DNA of 64,000 bases from Candidatus Acidiferrales bacterium (GTDB lineage: Bacteria > Acidobacteriota > Terriglobia > Acidiferrales > UBA7541), in assembly GCA_035933575.1 (NCBI GenBank), contig DASYYR010000071.1:6994-70993 (forward strand). The letters are read 5' to 3'. This document shows, piece after piece, positions 39,312 to 46,895 of this stretch. The notes beneath the pieces were generated by a model, which searched no databases, was not told the origin of the DNA, and saw only the letters and a program-made list of their open reading frames with translations. The position numbers and the translations under genes were made by a program. How positions within the stretch are numbered: the stretch's first letter is position 1; the number at the start of each line of letters is the position of its first letter.

Positions 39312-41582
39312 TTATGAAATTTTGCCGGGCGTCTTTGCCTCTTCTTCTTCCCCATAGGCATAAGAGTAGGGATGATAGCGATACGAGTAGTAGTAATCCG
39401 GAGCGCCAGAATCTACAGCATTCAAAATAACTCCGAGTAACCGACCTTTCACGGCGGAAAGCAAGTCGCGAGTGCGGCCGAACGCTTCCTTCGGCGTCTC
39501 TCCGCTCCAAACGACAAGTAACACGCCGTCGACGACGGCCGAGAGAATCACGGCGTCTGTAGCCGCCATAATGGGTGGAGAGTCCAAAACGATGAACTTG
39601 TAGCGGCGGCGCAGATCTTCGATGCCCTCGGACATTCGGTGCGAGGACAAGAGGTCTGCCGGATTCGGCGGAATTGGTCCGGTCAAGATCGCGTCCATGT
39701 TCGGAATCGCCGGATGCGAAACGACCACGTCGTGCAAGGTCGCAACTCCGGCAAGATACGAACTAAGTCCGATGTCCTGCCCGTGACCATTAGGCAGGTT
39801 CAAGGCTCTCCTGATTCCGGGCTTCCTCAAATCAGCATCGACCAAGAGGGTGCGGTCTCCCAGTTGAGCGAGAGTTACGGCAAGGTTGGCCGCAGACGTT
39901 GTCTTTCCCTCGCGTGGCAGCGCGCTGGTAACCAAAATGACCTGAGGAGGATGGTCGGGCTGCGAAAGCAAGAGCGACGTTCTTAAGGCTCGAAACGCTT
40001 CCGAAACGACCGATTTTGGCTGTTGCAGCGAAATCAACTCGATGCGCGAATCAGGGCCGTCCGCGTTGATTGCTGCTTGGCGAGAAATTCGTACGAGTGA
40101 GCGACTGCCATTCCCGTTCGAGAAAGCTGGTACCACGGCGAGAGACGGCAACCCGGTCAAATGCAGGATATCGTCGGGCGACTTGACGGTATTATCGAGG
40201 TATTCCCGCAGAAATGCGATGCCCACTCCGCCGACGATTCCGACAAGAAATGCCAGCAAAATATTTCGGGATTTTTGCGGACGCGCCGGCGTGGACGGCA
40301 CAAGCGCCGGATCGACGACACGGATGTTGCTGGAACGCAAGCCAGCGGAAATGCCAGCCTCTTTCAGTTTTTGGAGTAATCCATCGTAGAGCTCTTTGTC
40401 CGACTCCGCGTCATGTTTCAAGAGGTTATATTCGACCAATTTCTGGGCCATATTATCAGCCAGGACCTCTTGGCGGTTTAAGTCACGTTCGACCAGAGCC
40501 TCCCGAGCCTGCGTTTCACGATAATCCGTGTCGATCTGGTGAATCATCCCTTGCTTCGTGTCATCCAACTGTTTTTGCAGATCAGCTTCTTCGGCTTTAA
40601 GCCGCTGAACTTTAGGGTAATTTGGCCCGAACTGATTGAGCGCATCGATGTACTGTTCATCCAGATCCGATTTTTTCTTGACAAGATCCTGCACCGCGGA
40701 GTTTCCCAGAACGGCAGTCAATGACTCGGCGTTTGCCGAATGAGCCAACTGGTACGTGGCCTCCTTTTGTGCAAGTTGGGTCTGAATGTCGGTGAGGGTC
40801 TTGCTGAGGTCCGCAAGCTTTTGCGTGGTCGTATTCTGATTTGCATCGACCATCCAGATTTGGTTTTGGCGTTCATAGACGACTTCATCTTGTTCCGACT
40901 TTTCCATCTTGGCGCGCAGGTCTTCTAATTCGGAGCGGAGGAAGTCCGAGGCACGCATTGTCGCGTCATAATGACTCTGCAAATTTGCTTCGATAAAATT
41001 CTGGACATGAGCGTTTACGACTTGAGCCGCGAGCTGTGGATCTTGCGCCGCGAACTGCACTTCAATGAGCCTGCTGTTGGGCACACGAATGACGCTTAGT
41101 GCACCAAGAAACGCGCCCAAAATGGGGGGCTCTTTCTGATTGGGTCCGAGCGTCACCAACTCGCCAGGATTGCCACCGAATTCCGGGTAGCGGGGCAAAT
41201 CCATCGAGCGAATGGTCTTCATCGCAAGAGTTTCGCTCTCCAGGATTTTGATCTGCGTTTCAATGTAATTGTCCAGATCGACGGACATATCAAAGGAATT
41301 ACTGTCCTGGAACGGAAGTGTATTATAACTCTCGCGGTCGACTTCGACTCGTGCCGATGCCACATACACAGGCTTCATCTTAAAGGATGCAATGGTCACG
41401 ATTGTGACGACGGTCAGGAGAAAAGTGAGGATCATCCACTGATGTTTTCGTAGGATGATAAAGTAGTCGCGTAGATTCGGATCACGCGCAACGGGCTCCC
41501 AGTTCACGGGCGGAGTCGGCGACACAACGGACAAGGAATCCCTGCGTCGTTCAATCGGTGCGAGTTTTGGCGCTTCCTCCAT
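39312..41582 (-). CDS. Polysaccharide co-polymerase / tyrosine autokinase (Wzc/GumC-type PCP-2a)
   Basis: N-terminal Wzz-like TM and coiled-coil region. Walker A is LPREGKTTSAANLA. The C-terminal Tyr cluster is DYYYSYRYHPYSYAYG. Confidence 0.9.
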   Translation of the reverse strand: MEEAPKLAPIERRRDSLSVVSPTPPVNWEPVARDPNLRDYFIILRKHQWMILTFLLTVVTIVTIASFKMKPVYVASARVEVDRESYNTLPFQDSNSFDMSVDLDNYIETQIKILESETLAMKTIRSMDLPRYPEFGGNPGELVTLGPNQKEPPILGAFLGALSVIRVPNSRLIEVQFAAQDPQLAAQVVNAHVQNFIEANLQSHYDATMRASDFLRSELEDLRAKMEKSEQDEVVYERQNQIWMVDANQNTTTQKLADLSKTLTDIQTQLAQKEATYQLAHSANAESLTAVLGNSAVQDLVKKKSDLDEQYIDALNQFGPNYPKVQRLKAEEADLQKQLDDTKQGMIHQIDTDYRETQAREALVERDLNRQEVLADNMAQKLVEYNLLKHDAESDKELYDGLLQKLKEAGISAGLRSSNIRVVDPALVPSTPARPQKSRNILLAFLVGIVGGVGIAFLREYLDNTVKSPDDILHLTGLPSLAVVPAFSNGNGSRSLVRISRQAAINADGPDSRIELISLQQPKSVVSEAFRALRTSLLLSQPDHPPQVILVTSALPREGKTTSAANLAVTLAQLGDRTLLVDADLRKPGIRRALNLPNGHGQDIGLSSYLAGVATLHDVVVSHPAIPNMDAILTGPIPPNPADLLSSHRMSEGIEDLRRRYKFIVLDSPPIMAATDAVILSAVVDGVLLVVWSGETPKEAFGRTRDLLSAVKGRLLGVILNAVDSGAPDYYYSYRYHPYSYAYGEEEEAKTPGKIS

Positions 41583-41605
41583 CAGAAAGACCTTTCGTTT
41601 TCTCC

Positions 41606-42661
41606 CTACGGGATTCGATAAATCGCTATGCCAGTGCCAATTCCGAGGGCCGCCGTGCTAGCCCTGCCCAGAATCCGCTTTGCGGAGCTGTCTGGAACGT
41701 ACAAAACGTCGCTTGCGTACAGCCGAACGTCCGGAACCTTGCGGTCCATTATTTTTTTCAATTTGACGTTGATCTGCTTGGTTTCGCCAGTGGCGGGATC
41801 TTTGCGCAATATCACAGCGTTGTTGGCTTTGGCCGTACCTTGGAGACCGTGAGCCAAAGCGATAATCTTCATGGTATTAATTGCTTCGCCCGGGTCGTTC
41901 AGCGTATAGCCTCCAGGCTGCACGACAGCACCCGCTACATAAACGATACCTGCTCGAGGTACCGTGATCACATCTCCGCCGTACACAGGAATATTGAAAG
42001 CAGGATCGCCGGACCGCAACAGGTCAGATACACGAATCTTAATGATCGTAGGCTTGTCATTGGGTGTATCCACAGGCGGATCAGCTTCGCCACACGTAGC
42101 CGCCGGTTCTGTTTCGCGGGTGATGAGGACGGAATCGCCAGCGTCGTCGGCAATGCCGTTCGCTGAAGCGAGCACTTCGAGTAAACTTGTCGGTCGCACT
42201 TCGTGAAAAACAATGGGATGCCCCACGGCGCCGATTACCGAAATTGGATCGCTGCTCTGCTCCTTGACCATGACCGAGACTTGCGGGTGCATTACCAGTC
42301 CATTGACCTGAAGCAGTTTCTCAATTCTTTGACCGAGTTGAAACGGCGTGCACCCGGCTACCGGAATGCGCTCGGGAACTAGGGGCAGTGAGATAAGTCC
42401 GGTCGGGTCTACGCGAACATCACGAGAGAGATCGGGCACATCGAAAACGTCGATATGTACAACATCGCCCGCGCCGATCGGGATATCTCCCATCGGAGGG
42501 CGCGCCGTTTGCGCCAGTTCGTGAATTCTAGCGTTCGCCTGCTGCGAAGTTTGCACCTTATCTTGGCTGAAGCAGGCTTGAGCCCCACACAAAAGGAAAA
42601 GGATCAACCAGATAGAGTACGCCCTTCCGCAGTCCAGTGCCTTCTGGACCGTAGAAGCCAT
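41606..42661 (-). CDS. Outer-membrane polysaccharide export protein (Wza-like: Poly_export + SLBB domains)
   Basis: IGAGDVVHIDVFDVPDLS (Poly_export PES motif region) and repeated SLBB-like segments. ATG 42661 gives a signal-peptide-like N-terminus; the ORF is open to 42715. Confidence 0.85.
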   Translation of the reverse strand: MASTVQKALDCGRAYSIWLILFLLCGAQACFSQDKVQTSQQANARIHELAQTARPPMGDIPIGAGDVVHIDVFDVPDLSRDVRVDPTGLISLPLVPERIPVAGCTPFQLGQRIEKLLQVNGLVMHPQVSVMVKEQSSDPISVIGAVGHPIVFHEVRPTSLLEVLASANGIADDAGDSVLITRETEPAATCGEADPPVDTPNDKPTIIKIRVSDLLRSGDPAFNIPVYGGDVITVPRAGIVYVAGAVVQPGGYTLNDPGEAINTMKIIALAHGLQGTAKANNAVILRKDPATGETKQINVKLKKIMDRKVPDVRLYASDVLYVPDSSAKRILGRASTAALGIGTGIAIYRIP

Positions 42662-42738
42662 GAATCGACAGAGACCCCGGCGAAAACTATGAACTAGGGT
42701 CTGACCCAAAGTCAATGCCCGAAGTCGTGTAGCATCCT

Positions 42739-43974
42739 CTAAGGGTGCAGTGCGGGTTTCTTACGTTCTAGTACTGGAGTAGTGCTCAGCGCGATCATCC
42801 CCAAAAAGACTAGTCCGTTCGCCGGAATGTGGAGGTTGAAGTCCACAAGACTATGCACCGCCATGCCGGCGCATGCGGTTACTCCGGCGGCGTGTATCGC
42901 CTTGGAAAAAGACGTTTGCTCCCGGACGAGGCGCATTCTAGCCTCGCGAAGCCACAGCAGGAGGAAAGCCAGCGCGCAAATCCCGCCCACGATGCCAGTT
43001 TCGGCTAAGGCTTCAACATAGTCGTTGTGAGCGTGATCCACGATTTTTCCGTCATAGTAAGGTTCATAACGGGGATACACAGCAACCAGAGTGCCAAGCC
43101 CGCAACCGATGAGTGGGTGAGCCAAAAATACATGCCACGTTCCTTTGAGCATGGTTACGCGGCGATTCGCGGTGAGTTCGTCGGCGTGGCTACTAAAACG
43201 ATCCAAGATGCGATTGGTTCCCAACCAACCCACTGCAAGCAGGGCCGCCAGCAACACGATTGCAAAAGGCACCATCTGCGACTTTTTGGAACGCGCAACG
43301 TAGACGATCAGCGCAAGAACGCCTACTTCAAAGACGAAGCTCACGATCCCGCCGCGGGAACCCGTCAGCAGCAATGCAGCAATCGGCGCCACGGTCAGTA
43401 TACCGACGAATGGCATTTGCTCCGTGCGTACGCCACGGAACAGGACTAGCGAAAGACCGACGGGCGCGAGAAGCTCCATCAATCCCGCAAAATCATTGCG
43501 ATTTACGTATGGACCAAACGGATTGCCTCCGTTCGTCAACGGCCGATACCAGTACAGCACATAGTGGGACGTAAAATTCTGCGCAATACCGAACACGGCG
43601 ACACCAAACGCAAAACACATTAAAAACCATGTTAAAAATCTCAAGTCGCGCGGATTGTGAAACGCTTGGCCAATTAAGAAAAACAGCAGCGAACAAGCGG
43701 ATATCTTCAACAGTGCAACACTGGTGAGAAATGGATACGCAGTCGCTCCGAACGCCAGCTGCAACATCGCAATTCCGAGGAAAGCTAAAAGAGGCCAATA
43801 GATAGGGCTCCAATGCGTTTCGATTTCGCGATTGTGACAGATCAGAATCGCCCACCATAGAAAAAGAAGGGCCGCACCGGCTTCCAGAATGGATTCCGAC
43901 CAGATCTCAACCGTGCCGAAGGCCAGAACGCTGAACACGATCAGCAGGCAGATTCCTATTCGAAGAAGTCTCAT
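42739..43974 (-). CDS. O-antigen ligase-like (Wzy_C) membrane protein
   Basis: 411 aa and polytopic, with the LLTGSRGGIVSF Wzy_C motif. Confidence 0.75.
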   Translation of the reverse strand: MRLLRIGICLLIVFSVLAFGTVEIWSESILEAGAALLFLWWAILICHNREIETHWSPIYWPLLAFLGIAMLQLAFGATAYPFLTSVALLKISACSLLFFLIGQAFHNPRDLRFLTWFLMCFAFGVAVFGIAQNFTSHYVLYWYRPLTNGGNPFGPYVNRNDFAGLMELLAPVGLSLVLFRGVRTEQMPFVGILTVAPIAALLLTGSRGGIVSFVFEVGVLALIVYVARSKKSQMVPFAIVLLAALLAVGWLGTNRILDRFSSHADELTANRRVTMLKGTWHVFLAHPLIGCGLGTLVAVYPRYEPYYDGKIVDHAHNDYVEALAETGIVGGICALAFLLLWLREARMRLVREQTSFSKAIHAAGVTACAGMAVHSLVDFNLHIPANGLVFLGMIALSTTPVLERKKPALHP

Positions 43975-45275
43975 AACGAAGGGTGGTTAGACTGCGCCGC
44001 CTCTGGGACCATTGTGACGTCATCAATCCAGATCGCGCCGCTAATTTTATTATCGAATAAACGACTGGGAAAACGAACTAGTCGAACTTCAAGAAAATGA
44101 GTGTTCGGGCTGGTTGTGACTTTCGCGCGCAGCGCGGTCCACGGCATCGTTCCCACAATGTTCGGAGTCAACACGTAGACATCGCGCTCGTGCCGCGGAT
44201 CGAAGAGCTCAAAGTGGAGCCCGCTGTCCGTGGAAATAGACTCAGTGCGCACATAGGCCTGAAAGTCGTAAGTAGTATCCGGTCGAGCTGGTTCAATCTG
44301 CTGCACGTGAGCAAAATCCATATTTACGCCGCCGGTGAAACCTACACGCAGAGATTGCGAACCAGAATGATAAACGGAAGAATCGGTGCTGATATACGCT
44401 CCCGGAAGCTGCTGAAAGCGCCAATCGAGGCCGCCATTCGCTATTGGGGTCTCGAATCCTCCATTCCAGACAATGGAATCATCCATGGGCGTCGCAACGG
44501 GCCAGCGTGACGCTTCGAGCGCTTCGTGCCATACGCGTCGCGCGTCATCGGCGCGATCCTCAGCAATCAGTTCATCCAGTAATGGAAATGTCCTTCTGAT
44601 TTCAATGACCTGCCGGCGAGAGAGCGCAACAATTCGCTTCCAGGCTTCGAGCGCGTCTTGTGTTTCATGAATGCCTAGAAAAAAATCCAACGCTGTAAGA
44701 TCGGCGTCTTCATTTGCCGGAAGAACGCTGCCAAGAATCAAATTCACATCTGGATCAAAATTCCAAACACTTCGTATCGCCAATGGTGTCAGGCTCGGAT
44801 CATTCAGGAGGGCTCGATGGATTTCCGAAAGACCTTGTGTCGCCTGGCCCTGACGAAGAAGAAAATTTCCATACTTCCATGCGACGTCCGCGGAAATCGG
44901 ATAATCGCGCTTTGCGTTTTCGTACGCTTCCTGTGCGTGCGAGACATCTCCCGTGGCTTCGTACGCATTTGCCAGCGCAATCCAATGTGACGCGGACAAA
45001 GGATTTATGCGCACTGCGCGGAGGTAATAGGATATCGCGAGGCTCGGGTTGGTTTCATTGAGAGAGAACTGTGTGGACTCACCTAGTCGCGCCCACGCCT
45101 CAGCATTTCCGGGAACCAATTCGGCCGCACGAATTTGCTTAGCAGGTTGTCCTGAGTTTTCCCAATACCAAGCCAAACTCAGCTTGCCCGCTTGATAAAT
45201 CATCGTTGCTGAAACTGCCACGGCCAAGCAAAGGATCGCCCATCGTCTGCCGGAACCTTCGAAATTCGACCCCAC
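43971..45275 (-). CDS. Membrane-anchored TPR-repeat protein with C-terminal CBM_4_9-like carbohydrate-binding domain
   Basis: GTG start and one N-terminal TM. TPR-like repeats (AWARLG.., IALANAYEATGDVSHAQEAYENA). C-terminal NGGFE...W beta-sandwich signature. The stop overlaps the next start (ATGA). Confidence 0.6.
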   Translation of the reverse strand: MGSNFEGSGRRWAILCLAVAVSATMIYQAGKLSLAWYWENSGQPAKQIRAAELVPGNAEAWARLGESTQFSLNETNPSLAISYYLRAVRINPLSASHWIALANAYEATGDVSHAQEAYENAKRDYPISADVAWKYGNFLLRQGQATQGLSEIHRALLNDPSLTPLAIRSVWNFDPDVNLILGSVLPANEDADLTALDFFLGIHETQDALEAWKRIVALSRRQVIEIRRTFPLLDELIAEDRADDARRVWHEALEASRWPVATPMDDSIVWNGGFETPIANGGLDWRFQQLPGAYISTDSSVYHSGSQSLRVGFTGGVNMDFAHVQQIEPARPDTTYDFQAYVRTESISTDSGLHFELFDPRHERDVYVLTPNIVGTMPWTALRAKVTTSPNTHFLEVRLVRFPSRLFDNKISGAIWIDDVTMVPEAAQSNHPSL

Positions 45276-45366
45276 GATTTTGTAATCTGCTATGAAGCCG
45301 ACTTGATACGCAAGGACAAAATTGAAGGCATCGCTGTACGGGCCGGCAGCCGGACAGATGAGAATT

Positions 45367-46365
45367 TCATCTGAGGTTGCGAGCGAGATCTTCGCAAACT
45401 AAGTCATACAGCCGCCCTAATTGCGCAGTAGAATCGCGGGCGACCAGGTTGCGAATCGGTAGAGACTCCGCGATTTGGCCCAGTACGCGAAATTCTTGAG
45501 CTCGCATCGTCGTGTCAAGAATCGTGTTGCCGTAGGTATTGGCCACCAGACTCATCAGAGCGGCCTGGGGAGGGAGAGCCTCGATAAAAGGCGCGCGTGA
45601 ATCGCCCGAACGATTTGCCAATATATAAATCGCTGCCAGCGGAAGTGCTTCGCGTTCCAATCGCGAACCGCTGCCTTCTAATGGCACGCGAAGCTTATCC
45701 ACCGCAGGCATTTCAGAGACCGGCTTATCCTCCCCGGTAAGCATGTACACCGTCTCCGGCCAGAGATTCAGATAAGGAAAAGCGGGAAGAACACAGAAGG
45801 AACGTCCGCGCTCAACGAGGGAAGCGATATCGTCCGACAGAATGGAATGGCCTCTTCGTGCAAACAATGCAGCAGTGGTCGATTTCCCAGCGCCCGGCAC
45901 ACCGACAAACGCTATCGCTTTGCGTTTGAATGCAACTGCGCTCGCATGCAGGCATATGACTCCGCGGAGACGCAGCACAACCCCGAGCACTGGGCCGAGT
46001 AGAAAATCGGCGACGTCATTCTGCTCCATCGGCTTCTCCATGGGCGCGGCGCAGCGTATGCCGATGTTGGTCAAGCTGGCATTCAGGTAGAACGTGAGAC
46101 CATGGCTATAGTGGATCCTATATCCCCCGTCATTATTTCGTTTCCAGATTTTCAGGGCCGGATGGCCGTTCTCGTCGCAGATCTCGCTCACATACCAAGG
46201 CGTTTCTTCCGCGGCGTCCTGCGCGGACTGTACTTCGTCCGCGTCAAAGTTTACCGAGACATCCTGGGGAGCGTCTGGGGTTGATTCGACTGGATCAAGT
46301 CTGGGAATAGGTTGGTTGGACGCTAACCGAAGGCCGTAAATAACGTAAGAATAGGGCCACTTCAC
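45367..46365 (-). CDS. HPr-kinase-like (HprK C-terminal domain-type) P-loop kinase, lasso-cluster associated
   Basis: The P-loop is FVGVPGAGKSTTAALFARRGHSILSDD. The GTG start overlaps the stop of precursor ORF A2 (ccGTGAag). Confidence 0.7.
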   Translation of the reverse strand: MKWPYSYVIYGLRLASNQPIPRLDPVESTPDAPQDVSVNFDADEVQSAQDAAEETPWYVSEICDENGHPALKIWKRNNDGGYRIHYSHGLTFYLNASLTNIGIRCAAPMEKPMEQNDVADFLLGPVLGVVLRLRGVICLHASAVAFKRKAIAFVGVPGAGKSTTAALFARRGHSILSDDIASLVERGRSFCVLPAFPYLNLWPETVYMLTGEDKPVSEMPAVDKLRVPLEGSGSRLEREALPLAAIYILANRSGDSRAPFIEALPPQAALMSLVANTYGNTILDTTMRAQEFRVLGQIAESLPIRNLVARDSTAQLGRLYDLVCEDLARNLR

Positions 46366-46493
46366 GGAAACCTCGTCTTGTGTTGTCTACTCCTGCCCGC
46401 GTCAGGTGCACCTGTGTGCCCCACCTTTTGCGTCAGGTCCTTGACGGTTCCATGAATAATTAAGACAGGAGACTTGTATGGTTTCTTCGACAC
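46362..46493 (-). CDS. Lasso peptide precursor A2 (43 aa; not in supplied ORF track)
   Basis: The hand translation is (V/M)SKKPYKSPVLIIHGTVKDLTQKVGHTGAPDAGRSRQHKTRFP*. The leader fits YxxPxLx3Gx5Tx exactly. It is a tandem paralogue of A1. Confidence 0.65.
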   Translation of the reverse strand: MSKKPYKSPVLIIHGTVKDLTQKVGHTGAPDAGRSRQHKTRFP

Positions 46494-46600
46494 GCGGCAA
46501 ACAATCAGGTTGGTTGATCGTACTAAAAACTCTGCATCCGGCTTCGTCGTGAAACCGGGCTTCTTAGGAAGATACGACGAATCTAACGGTGATAAAGACT

Positions 46601-46753
46601 CTAAACCCTTGTCTTGATACGGCCCCTCCCACCCCCAACGTCAAACGTGCCGTGCGATCCAACGTTGCGGGTCAGGTCTGCAACCGTACCATGAACGATC
46701 AAGACAGGAGATTTATATGGCTTCTTCGACACATCAGACCTTGCCGGCTGCAT
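46601..46753 (-). CDS. Lasso peptide precursor A1 (50 aa from ATG 46753, or 43 aa from GTG 46732; not in supplied ORF track)
   Basis: The hand translation is MQPARSD(V)SKKPYKSPVLIVHGTVADLTRNVGSHGTFDVGGGRGRIKTRV*. AGGTGG lies 6 nt before the ATG. The leader fits YxxPxLx3Gx5Tx. Confidence 0.65.
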   Translation of the reverse strand: MQPARSDVSKKPYKSPVLIVHGTVADLTRNVGSHGTFDVGGGRGRIKTRV

Positions 46754-46800
46754 GGTCTACCACCTCATGAATTCTATACTAATTCGGTAGCACGACCGCA

Positions 46801-46829
46801 ATCATAAAGTTTTCGGGCGCCTCGAACAA
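46801..46829 (-). promoter_or_regulatory. Candidate sigma70-type promoter for the precursor genes (TTGTTC-17 nt-TATGAT)
   Basis: On the minus strand the -35 TTGTTC is at 46829-46824 and the -10 TATGAT at 46806-46801, about 45 nt upstream of A1. This is a pattern match only. Confidence 0.2.
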
Positions 46830-46895
46830 ACAACGCTACTACATTTACGGGCCGTGTTCACCTCGAAAATTCAACGACTGCGGCGCGCGTTGCTT

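Noticed and set aside
46362-46753. A ~240-nt tandem repetition in an apparently non-coding gap, considered as a CRISPR-like array or other non-coding repeat.
   Set aside because: There are only two units, the conserved part is ~65 nt rather than short spaced repeats, and both units carry intact equal-length ORFs with a lasso leader motif. This is a coding gene duplication, not an array.
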